From Hormiphora californensis (Eukaryota > Animalia > Ctenophora), in NCBI GenBank assembly GCA_020137815.1, contig CM035352.1:930001-994000 (forward strand): a DNA stretch of 64,000 nt. Reading direction: 5' to 3'. Of this stretch, positions 52,565-62,555 are shown piece after piece. Both the position numbers and the translations under genes were made by a program. The notes beneath the pieces are model-generated. The model was given only the letters and a program-made list of their open reading frames with translations. It was not told the origin of the DNA and did not search any database. Position 1 is the stretch's first letter; the number at the start of each line of letters is the position of its first letter.

Positions 52565-52754
52565 GTGCTAAACCGTCCTAACCTGAACGAAGCCCATGTT
52601 ACGGTGAGTGCTAACACTTGCAACTTTGCAATGACCGTTCAGAGCGCGCGCGCGGAATATTTTCTGAAGGAGCAGCCCTTGGTGACCGCGAGGGTGATGT
52701 AGTGCGAAACCCTCCGCGCCCGCCGTCCAAGAGTCTACGTCGAAAGTTCTCGAA

Positions 52755-53405
52755 ATGGCCAAAAAGTCCGAATTCTCAAAGGACGATGTCCATGACAGTT
52801 TCACGGAAGAACAAGTTGCCGAATTCAAAGAGGCATTCAATCTGTTTCCCCAAGACAACAAGAACTGTATCAAATCAGAGAGTGTCTTCACGTTGCTGAG
52901 AGCACTCGGTCACAACCCTCCACAAGTGAGTTGTTAGGAAAGAATCGATTTTAGTCAGTACATTAACATTCTCATGATAACACCGTCCAATTTCAGTCAG
53001 AAATCAATAAGATTTTCAAGCAACTTCACATTACAGCCATGACTAAGGTGAACTTCAAGCTGTTCCTCTCGGTTATGGCCATGCTCGTCATGACGTGCTC
53101 CGAAGAGTCCATCCGACAGGCATTCCGAATGTTCGATAAGGTTAGTTTAGAACTTTCTTTAAAGCATTTCGTTTTTCACCACCATTTACCAATAGCAATT
53201 TTCGAACTTCGCCCTTCGAATGACAACCAACCAACCATCTCAGGACGGTAACGGTACGATAGATTCCCGGGAGTTACGTCACGTGATGCTGAATTTGGGG
53301 GAGGCCCTAACTGACGAGGAGATAGATGATATGATCAGAGAGATAGATGTGGACGGAGATGGAGAGGTGGACTGCGAGGAGTTTGTGATGATGATGAAGA
53401 AATAG
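52755..53405 (+). CDS. Calmodulin-like EF-hand protein (introns 52926-52996 and 53141-53243)
   Basis: [16 protein letters not shown]; canonical C-lobe loops [12 protein letters not shown] and [12 protein letters not shown]; degenerate N-lobe loops. Confidence 0.9.
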
Positions 53406-53914
53406 GAGGGCAGGATAACTGTAGGATAACTGTTGGGATAACTGATCTGGGATAACCGATCTGCAGTTCTTGATACCTCATATCATTGGTCTCCTGCTGG
53501 AAAAAACGTTTTAGCAGACAGACAGACAGACTGTGTAGCTAAACGATAGACAAATTGATACGTAGGGCGAACATAAAACAACCACTTTTTTGTTACAATA
53601 AAATGTAATTCGTCATGTGTGTGATAACAACAAATAATTTAATAAAAACACTACTTCAGTCCACAATTCGACTAAAACAGAAAAAACAACGGTTACAATA
53701 ATAATTTAAACAACTTCGCAATACACACACTGCCTCCGATTAGTAAATAACAACCCATTTTTAATTTCCCAGCTGGAATTGCTATCTCCATAGTTCATGC
53801 ATAGTTCATGCATCACAAGTTCATGCATCACAAGTTGGTCATTATATATATGGATATATACTGGAGGAGTCCTTGGAATTCAGTTCATGTCCTTGGAGAA
53901 TCATTGGAATTGTT

Positions 53915-55231
53915 TCAGTTTACAACATCCACATTAGACACCTCTCCAGGTATATTTCCTGCTTCTGATTCCTCCTCAATGGCCTTGATAAGACGTCCAA
54001 AGTCTGTGTTTAGAGTGGCAGTAGCACCAATACTTTGCCAAGGATATGGCATCCGTTGTTGCTGAAAACTGTCCGGTGAAAACTTGTCGGGCATCGCAGG
54101 GAATTGGGCACTAGGACACACGATGGTATTGTCAGGTCTGAAACTGGGCAGCATATTGGGCAGCATATTGGGCAGCATATTTGGCAGCATGTTTGGTTGC
54201 ATGTAGGCAAACTGATGATAGTTCTCTTGTTTCTCTAAATCTGATCCATCAGCAGAGGTATCAAGCCCTTCCTCTCCCTCTGTGGACATCTCCTCACTCT
54301 CTGATGCAATGATATACTCCCCGGCAGCCTCCCCAGCAGCAGCCTGACTCTGTTGGACCAACTCGTAAAATAACTCAGTGGGAATCTCTTCTTTGATGAT
54401 AAAACAATCTGAAACGGGAAAACAGTGTTAGCTTCTGGAGTAACAAACTTGTATTAGCCAGAGTTTAGACAGTATGAAGTGGCTAAAAATCGAGTTGATA
54501 ATCCTTTGAGACAACTCAATATAATATTAGGGGACTTACTCTCGGGTTTAACTGGTACATTCTCTGTAACTATCTCTGCCATGGGTTTGAGGAGGTTAGG
54601 TGGTGATGGTGCCTCATCCAGGTGCTGCAGGGGCGGTGGTGGTAGGTAGGAAATGGGTGGTGGTGCCTCCGAACCTGAGGAATGGAACATGGTAAAGAAT
54701 TGTCAAGACAAGAGGCTATCATAATTGCCGCTGGTAAGCCAAGACACTCACGAAAGAAGAAGAGCCTATATATATCATATTCATTATTCATGTCAATTAA
54801 TATCAGCACTAACCCATTCTGTGTAGATCATCCAGTTTCTCTCTCTTCATGACAACATGCCGTCTGAGTTCAGTGATTGCCTCTGTTAACATACCCCTAC
54901 TATAAAGTGATAACACCTCTTCATTACGCCATAACTCCTGGAAAACAGGATATCAGCAACTACTGGCCAATTGGGTAATGAGTTCTAAAGAGTAAAGAGG
55001 ATTTGGAGTTGTGGATTATTTACTAGTGCAACTCACCCAGACAACCTCCCGTATCTCTGAGAGGACATCAACCCACGCCCTCCTTTTGACTGTCTGAGGA
55101 AGGTATAGCTGTAGCCTATTAAAACCATCTGATATCAATCTTCTCCTTTCTCTCTCGTCCTCTCTATGTGCAGTCACTGGGTCTGTTGATTTCTTGATAG
55201 GTCTTTTTCTTTTTGATGATGATCCTGACAT
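53915..55231 (-). CDS. bHLH transcription factor, SOHLH/FIGLA/TCFL5-like. Approximate exons: 55231-55037, 54937-54814, 54674-54541, 54408-53915
   Basis: AHREDERERRRLISDGFNRLQLYLPQTVKRRAWVDVLSEIRE (H-x3-E-x2-RR basic region); exons splice in frame; Pro-rich and acidic C-terminus with (PNML)x4. Confidence 0.75.
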
Positions 55232-55239
55232 TAGTTTTA

Positions 55240-55270
55240 CTACAAGGGATAATAGGGACGGGGATTAATT
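55240..55270 (-). promoter_or_regulatory. Apparently unpaired 3' splice acceptor 8 nt before the bHLH ATG
   Basis: Minus strand: ttaatccccgtccctattatcccttgtAG|taaaactaATG. Confidence 0.6.
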
Positions 55271-55443
55271 GGAACTAATAGGGTGGGGGAATTAATTTGT
55301 ACTAACACAGGAAACTCATTGAATTTATCAACAACGTTAAATACAGAGATTATAAATATTTTAGATCGTATATTAACCAACAATTACATTGTATAAACAC
55401 TAGAAAACAATTTGAAATTCAAAAAACAGATTAACATGATAAT

Positions 55444-57135
55444 TCATTGTTCTCTGGCAGGTTCAATGTATTTCAGAACTTCAGCCTGTAGTTGGTCTTT
55501 CTTCATTTTACTAAGCCCCTTCACATTCCGCGACTTCAAGAATGCAACCAAGCTGTGATTGTTGACCTTCGAGATCTTTCCAGCAGCATAACAATCCTTT
55601 ACCTCACTTTCACTCAAGATCTTGGGAGCACTCTTAGGCTTTTTACCGCCAGGTGTCCCCTGACTAAGTCGAGGTGTCCCCTGGCTAAGTTGCGGTGGTG
55701 GTCGCTTGGGTGTCTGAGGAAGATCTACTGTAGGACGAGACTGGAATGCTCTAGGTTCGAATCGTGGTTTCGCCGGTAGTGCTACGCTCGAAATTGTAGT
55801 AGTAGGAGCAGTCGATGTAGTGGTTGCATGTTTCTCGAGCACCGAACGGACAACTGCATCTGGAATATCAAAATCATCAAACTCATCGTCCACAACGGGC
55901 GACTTTACAGTTTTAATACTGGATTTGATAGGGTTGGACAGGGTGGTGGATGGGATTTTAGAAACTGGATGCGATGGTTTGAAGGTTGGAACCGCTCTTG
56001 GAACGTTGCTATCAGCTGGTTTGATTGGCGTGTTCTGAGGATTTGATGGTGCTGGTCGTGAGTATGGTGCAAACTTGGGTTTCACCCTCTCACCGGTGTT
56101 CGAAACTTTGACTTTTACATGTTCAGGGGGTGAAAGATCAGGAAGTCGCGTTGGCACACGTGGTTTCACAGATTCTAACGGTATGAGGCATTGTACGTTT
56201 TGGTTTGGTTTTACGGCCACTGAAGGCTTTGATGGGAAATCTAGGCCAAATCGGGGAATCTTTTCTGAACAGACTTTACCGACAGATGACATGAAGTTGT
56301 CAATTGTATTAGAATCGACCCGACCCCGGACTTGAGGAAATCCCTTGCGGATGCAGTAGTATGGATAGGTCATGACAGGAGCACCCGGAAAGTTGAATTG
56401 AAGAGTGACAAACAAGTCAGTATCAGATGGAATTAAGATACCATGATAGTCGAGCCAGTAGGCGATCATATCTCGTTTATTTTTCAACGGACATCCCTCC
56501 GGTATATCGTATGAGACATTGTGCACCAGAGCCAGTTTAAAACTTGGTAGAACATAGCACGAATTGTCACCCATGTGCCGGGAATGAATAGTCCTAATTT
56601 CACGCCGGGAAAACTGCTGAATAATCTCAGGATTGATGTTGAAGGAGGATAGTTTGGGGACGAGTAGTTTGACAAGAGCACCCCTAACTGAGAGCGCCAC
56701 AGCTTTAGATTGGACCGTCAACTGGGCCTTGATACACCCCATCCAGGTGTTCTGGAAGAGACAAGTTTTACCCTCAAAATACTTGTTGTCCACTCTGGTC
56801 CAAGATGGGTGGAGGTAGGTATGGAGGGTGAAATCTAGACAATACTGGAGGATCTCTCGGGTTAGCTCAATTACCTTACTCAACTTCAGGTTACTCTCCG
56901 TGACACCACTGCTGAAGGAATCCCGCTGTACATCGGACTTATGAATTACAATGTAGACATGCCTCTTGCTCGAATGGGATGGACTTGAGAGGAGGTTGGA
57001 GGATTTCTTAAGGAGGGCTCGTGAACACGCACAATTGAGAAGGTGAGGACCGGAAGTTGTTGTTTCTGCCACTATTGTGACAAAATCACTTGTGTCTGGT
57101 GTAGTACTGAGAAATAACTGAGGCGCCTCATTCAT
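55444..57135 (-). CDS. C18orf63: C18orf63/DUF4708 homologue with a C-terminal SAP-like helical module, intronless (563 aa)
   Basis: Matches recalled motifs: ILQYCLDFTL...PSW, CYVLPSFK, IPEGCP, YWLDYHGILIP, TYPYYCIR, RVDS; C-terminus KISKVNNHSLVAFLKSRNVKGLSKMKKDQLQAEV. Confidence 0.85.
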   Translation of the reverse strand: MNEAPQLFLSTTPDTSDFVTIVAETTTSGPHLLNCACSRALLKKSSNLLSSPSHSSKRHVYIVIHKSDVQRDSFSSGVTESNLKLSKVIELTREILQYCLDFTLHTYLHPSWTRVDNKYFEGKTCLFQNTWMGCIKAQLTVQSKAVALSVRGALVKLLVPKLSSFNINPEIIQQFSRREIRTIHSRHMGDNSCYVLPSFKLALVHNVSYDIPEGCPLKNKRDMIAYWLDYHGILIPSDTDLFVTLQFNFPGAPVMTYPYYCIRKGFPQVRGRVDSNTIDNFMSSVGKVCSEKIPRFGLDFPSKPSVAVKPNQNVQCLIPLESVKPRVPTRLPDLSPPEHVKVKVSNTGERVKPKFAPYSRPAPSNPQNTPIKPADSNVPRAVPTFKPSHPVSKIPSTTLSNPIKSSIKTVKSPVVDDEFDDFDIPDAVVRSVLEKHATTTSTAPTTTISSVALPAKPRFEPRAFQSRPTVDLPQTPKRPPPQLSQGTPRLSQGTPGGKKPKSAPKILSESEVKDCYAAGKISKVNNHSLVAFLKSRNVKGLSKMKKDQLQAEVLKYIEPAREQ

Positions 57136-57141
57136 GACGGC

Positions 57142-57170
57142 CTAATGGGAAAAGGTAGTTGTTGTTAGCG
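57142..57170 (-). promoter_or_regulatory. Apparently unpaired 3' splice acceptor 6 nt before the C18orf63 ATG
   Basis: Minus strand: cgCTAACaacaactaccttttcccattAG|gccgtcATG. Confidence 0.65.
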
Positions 57171-57355
57171 GAAGGAGGGGTGGTTCATGGGGGCGGTGGG
57201 TTGATGAATTGTGTGAGATCAGGTAAAACACAGGAGGATATAACATGAATATTTTAGAACAACGAGCTGATAAAAGACAATTGTCACACAAAATTAGTTA
57301 CAAAGAACATGCAAGATGTCACACGAAATAATAATAAATTAAATACCACACATTA

Positions 57356-58396
57356 TCAATACTCCGACCTACAAACTCTCTCAAAGAAATGATCATCTTT
57401 ATATGCATCCCAAGCCATGTCTGATTTCGTTGCCTTGGTGACCACAACAAAGTTGCCCCGACGACCACGACCCTTCTTCCTCGTTGACTTGAAAGTTTTC
57501 ATTGTACTACAGGACCATTTCCCAATGCTCTCGTTATCACTATCCCAGCTGTTTTGTCGTTTCATTCCGCGAGATGCTAGAAACCGTTTGATAGTGGTAC
57601 CACCTTCAGGTGATTTTACTGGACTTGGGATGGATTCCAACCATTTCTTGGTGTTTGCAAACCTAGGGCTCACCCTAACAGACAACCTAGGGCTGGTACG
57701 TCGGGCTTTTGAAAGACGAGGACTTGTGCGTCTAGTGGTTGGGAACTTTGGGCTTGTTTGACTACTGCTTCGGACGGCGTTTTTACGGTTTTTCTCCTTC
57801 TTCACCGAGAAACAGGCAGCGTTGCTCCCCCGTTGTGGCCGTGACACCGTGTTGAATATATCTGCGTGGTTTGATTGTGAGTTGTTCCGAACAGGAGATT
57901 GAGGTTTCCGGTGTTGTTGGTCATGTTGTTGCTTCAGCAACGCTTCAAAAGAACACGGTGGCGTCAGTGGTCTGGCATCCTCCTGAGAGTGGGTCAACTT
58001 TGGCGGTACAATCATACTTTGTTGGGACAGATGGGGAACGATCAGACTTTGTTGGGACAAATGTTGCAGATCATTATTCCCACGCACCGACTTGATGTCC
58101 TCCCTGACTTCCCTCATCATTTCTTCCAGTTTGCTCTTCTGCAACACCACGTATTCACTGTTTGGAGCAAACAACTTGTTCACCAGCTCATTAGTCACCC
58201 GCATGCTCACGTGCATCTCCTGTACCATCGAGCACAAACTGCTAACTGAATCCGCGAGAGCACTGTTCTGAGCTTCACTGACTTGGTCTCGAAATTTCCG
58301 AATCTGAGGCTCGGGTGATGGAGTTTTTGATAATAAAAGTGGTTCATTTAAATAACTTTTAAAGAGCATGGCTGCTCCTCCACTGCTGATGCTCAT
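57356..58396 (-). CDS. Intronless coiled-coil protein with an SP/SQ-rich basic tail (346 aa from the first ATG); candidate IHO1/CCDC36 (Mer2 family) homologue
   Basis: Long ORF with N-terminal heptads; LFKSYLNEPLLL...IRKFRDQVSEAQ...SSLCSMVQEM resembles the recalled IHO1 segment IFTKYQTKPQLF...LEQFEEKKKRAK...YNFVSNVRES. The ORF is secure; the identity is tentative. Confidence 0.6.
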   Translation of the reverse strand: MSISSGGAAMLFKSYLNEPLLLSKTPSPEPQIRKFRDQVSEAQNSALADSVSSLCSMVQEMHVSMRVTNELVNKLFAPNSEYVVLQKSKLEEMMREVREDIKSVRGNNDLQHLSQQSLIVPHLSQQSMIVPPKLTHSQEDARPLTPPCSFEALLKQQHDQQHRKPQSPVRNNSQSNHADIFNTVSRPQRGSNAACFSVKKEKNRKNAVRSSSQTSPKFPTTRRTSPRLSKARRTSPRLSVRVSPRFANTKKWLESIPSPVKSPEGGTTIKRFLASRGMKRQNSWDSDNESIGKWSCSTMKTFKSTRKKGRGRRGNFVVVTKATKSDMAWDAYKDDHFFERVCRSEY

Positions 58397-58412
58397 CTTC
58401 TTGGACTTGATA

Positions 58413-58440
58413 CTAAAGTTGGTAAGGAAGTGGTTAGAAG
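58413..58440 (-). promoter_or_regulatory. Apparently unpaired 3' splice acceptor (candidate trans-splice site) 16 nt before the IHO1-like ATG
   Basis: Minus strand: ttCTAACcacttccttaccaactttAG|tatcaagtccaagaagATG. Confidence 0.6.
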
Positions 58441-58582
58441 TTATTAGCAATGGGTAATTCAAGCAGCAAACTCTAATGGAAATATAAATAACAAAATTTG
58501 TAACGAAATTGTAACAAACAGTTCACAGAATTAAAAAACCAAATAAACCATTCCATTTTTAAACTAAAGAAGAAGTCTCTGG

Positions 58583-60056
58583 TTACTCCTTTGCATCATC
58601 AATCCCACCAGCGGTGATACAGAAGGTCGCCTCGGCTTCAGGCATATCTGGACTATCATAAATCTTTGCTATCCTCAACTCGCCTCTCCCTAAAATAAGA
58701 GTTGTGATTAGATAATAATGGTATAATTTGACCTAACATATATCACCTAACATACTAATGTAGGTACCTTTTCTGAGGTAAATCCGTGTTGTTGAAGCAT
58801 GAGCGATAATATTTCCACCGATCGGTTTTTTCGGGTCAGCTTGAAAGCTCATTGCCGCACCAGGGTCTGCCGTCATTTGGTTTGTAACGAACACCGCCAA
58901 ATTATACTCCTCAGATATTTTTTGCAACCTGCAGGAGTAAAATCAGGAGTAAAGCAGAAATAAAAATATCGTAATCCAATTTCTTATCTTTAGCAAGTTA
59001 TATTGTATCAGGTTAGCGAGAGAAATGGGAGAAATACTTTATCAATGCATGGAAAATTGAAGTGATTTGTGTTACACACGTACCTTGCCATGAGTTGTGC
59101 TAGTTTCTGCTGCCTGTCCGCCAACTCACCGCGACCACTGAAGTCAACTCGGAACAGAGCCATCACACTATCAACTATCAGGAGCTGCAAAATGAGGATT
59201 TTATGAACCGATATAGATAGAGCCGTGGTCCGTGGAATGGAGGTTTGTTGCAGCTATTGATGAAATGAATAATGTGCAGTTTGCATAAATGAACGTACGC
59301 GTAGGTAGTATTATCTCAGATTAATCGGCCCCTGATTTCCCAGATAATTTGGCAAATCAGGGGCCGATTAATCTAACTGTATTACAGCTCAGATTATCTA
59401 ACCTTGAATATTCCTGGTTCCTCGTGGCATTTAGCGGCAGCAAAGTCCAGGAGCTCCATCTGATGCTCGCTGGTGTAGGCTCGTGCATACAACACGTTAT
59501 CCAACATGGCAGTGTGGTCAAGGTTAAACCGGTCCGCAATGGTCCTAAGTCGATCTGGCCGGAATGTGTTTTCTGTATCAATGAAAATAATCTTCCCACC
59601 TCCATAACCATTAGCACCGGGTAGCTGCGTCAAAACACACAAGGTATGTGAAAGCTGAGTTTTCCCCGTCCTAAATTCCCCGAATGCTTCTGTTATGGAC
59701 ATGCTTTCCATCCCTCCACCAAGCAGTTTATCAAGCTCTTTACTGCCCGTACTGACCTTGAAAATATTTTTCCTTTTCTCACTCACCTCAAAGGCGGTGA
59801 CAAACCCAGAGTCACACAAAGTCTTACAAACGTCCTTTATTTTCTCCACTTTGGCCTCTGAAAGCCCCTTGATATTGCACAACTTTTTGGCGGTAGTCAT
59901 AAGAATTCCCTTTAGGGTGCAAATGCCAGCGCCCTTTAACTTCTTGATATCCGCAACATTGATGCCGTGAGATTGGAGAAGATCGACATCTTGGAAATCT
60001 ACAGACGCCTCCGCCTCATACGTAACTGTTTCTTGTTCTACCGCACTCGCAAACAT
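58583..60056 (-). CDS. DMC1: Meiotic recombinase DMC1 (exons 60056-59403, 59184-59084, 58928-58768, 58689-58583)
   Basis: [122 protein letters not shown] stop. Confidence 0.97.
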
Positions 60057-60447
60057 GCTATTCTTATCAGGAATATGAAGATAATTATTGGGACTGGTCT
60101 GGTGGGATTCGATTCCAGAATTCATTTGATTTCCTTCGCATTATAATGTTGAGTTTCTTATGCGAAGGTAGCCTGTTTTATGACTATTGTGACTGGGTAA
60201 ATTATAAGACGTGCAATAAATTGTATCGTTCTCATTTCAAGTCTGTGTCAGGGGAAGTAAAGTTTTTGTATACGCTTCGGCGCTTCTGAATTAAATATAA
60301 TGGAGCCTTCGTTTCGTCCCATGGGTGGTCACTGGTCACTAATCACCCAGAGAGAGAGAGTTGTGCAGTTAAATGGATTATTCTTATCTCTCTATATAAA
60401 AAACCTAGGGTCCTGAGATTTTTGTTCTGGTCATTTCTTAGAGCATC

Positions 60448-62392
60448 ATGGCCATTTTATCTGCCTTGAAGGGCCTTCGACACAAGTACAGATATTTTGC
60501 ATATCTACTAACAATTCTCATGCTGCTATCGGAAATGGTGTCAAGGTTTGTTGTTGATAATTTGAGTCTTAGCATAATCTAAATTGCCATATTTTCAGTT
60601 GCGGAGTATCCTTGGCAATGCTTGGAGGTCTAGCGAAACAGGATTGCAATGATCCAAGTGACACGGGAGAGTACTGTTGGAGCGAGGCTACCAAAGCTGC
60701 AGTTGTGGCCGCATACTTTTATGGCAACTGGTTACAGGTGAAAGAGGAATAGAAAATTGCGTTATTGTTATCAGCTATAGTAGTTCAACACCGATAGATC
60801 TTGATTTAGTGCGAATTCCAAACTGACAGATCTGCGTTCCAAATTACGGGATTCTTATTCCGAACTCCTCCTGCAGATCATACCAACGACACTAGCTAAG
60901 CGGACCGGATTCACCATAACTACACGAGTAATAGCACTTGTGGATGGTATCATACAGATGACATTTCCCTACTGCATACAAATTAGCATTCCCCTAACCC
61001 TGGTGCTGCAGGTTAGTGAATCTGTCAAATATTGGTGTGATCATAATTGCATGAGTTATTATTTTCTTAATTCAAATTGATATATCCAGGCACTGCGAGG
61101 TATGTGTGGAGGAATATTCTTCACGAGTAGCATGGAGTTCACACGAAAATGGGGCATTGGAAGCGAGTGTAAAACATTCATCTCTTTTGTAGGTCAGTAC
61201 TACATATATTACACATGACAGTATTATAATATGATAACTAATTCATGATGACTTCATAGTGTGTTTGTTTGTTAGTAAACCCTGTTTACCGTTCACAGGA
61301 ATTGCATGTCAATTAGGCAATGGTTTGGGGCCCTTTCTTGCTGGTCTCGTGTCGACTCATGTGGGCTGGCGCTACTTTTTCTACATAAATGGGCTCTCTT
61401 ATCTCATTGTCCTAGTGTTGATGGTTATTTTCGTGCCTGACTGCCCCCAACATGCCTGGTAAGAGTGAAATCTCCTAGGCTAATAAATTATCTTAACGTA
61501 CGGCATAGAATATTCTAAACCTTTTTACAGGGCCATGAGTGAGACTGAAAAAGCATTGTTTGAGGAGAAACAGAAGGTACTGATTCGCAGCGTCTCCGAA
61601 AACAGAGCAGAGGATGCCCCGAAAAGCATTACATCTAAAATAAAAGACATCCTATCGAGAGTGTACGTGATATCGTTTTGCATTTTCGCGTTCATGGATG
61701 TGTTTCAACTTGTAACATTGATTGCAGTGACACCCTTCTTCATGCATGATATCCTGGAGGCCAGCACTGAGTTTATCAGTTATACCAACCTTTTCGGTGG
61801 TCTGGCAACGGTGGCCTGTACTCTTGTGTGCATCATGACTCTTCCCTGGCTAGATAAGCGATACCCGTGGTTTTGGGTTCGGTTATGTTTCATGACCATA
61901 CCCCAGATAATCCGGACAGTGCTGTATATCGGGATAGCCTACATATCAAACAAGTGGGCGGTTGCTGTCATGGTGATAGCAAATCTAACAACATGGGGAA
62001 CCATATTTAGTGGATCAATCGTCACCGTCAACTATGAGATAGACCCGAAGAAAGCCCCTATCACCCTGGCAGTCATCAATGGAGTTGGACAACTTTGTGG
62101 GTTCATTGTTCCTCTTCTAAGGGCAGCTATAACTAATGTAGAGAAGCATCTCCCGCTGTATAAGGAGCGGTGGCAGCAGTTCTACTGTTTGACAGCCATC
62201 ACTTCGACCCTAGCCATGATGGCCATACTACTTGGGATGCAGCTCCGACCGAACGAGTGGAAGAAACACCACTCACTTCTGGCGGAGGAGACGGTCAAGA
62301 AGGAGGTGAAGGGATTCGTAAATCTCGCCATAGAGGCAGAACCAACACGGGGAGAATCAATTGTCATGGAGAACAAAGCTGCACTGTATTGA
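60448..62392 (+). CDS. MFS transporter, SLC17/sialin-like (copy 1), multi-exon
   Basis: SR|CGVSLAM, YCWSEATKAAVVAAYFYGNWLQ, LQ|ALRG, GWRYFFYING, PDCPQH, AVINGVGQLCGFIVP, RWQQFY. Confidence 0.85.
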
Positions 62393-62555
62393 GGACTGTT
62401 AATGAACATGTATCACATCTATATAATATATATGCATGAATACAGAATTTGAAGTTTTTAGTTTTATTTTGAGACATCACTAGAATACAACCATGAAAGA
62501 TTGGTTATAAAGGTAGCTAGATATAATAATAAGTATACCTAAATATCTTGTAGCT

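Noticed and set aside
59394-60125. RAD51 assignment and the upstream ATG at 60125
   Set aside because: Residues ([37 protein letters not shown]) are DMC1-type; the ATG at 60056 fits the expected length better, though the start is not proven.
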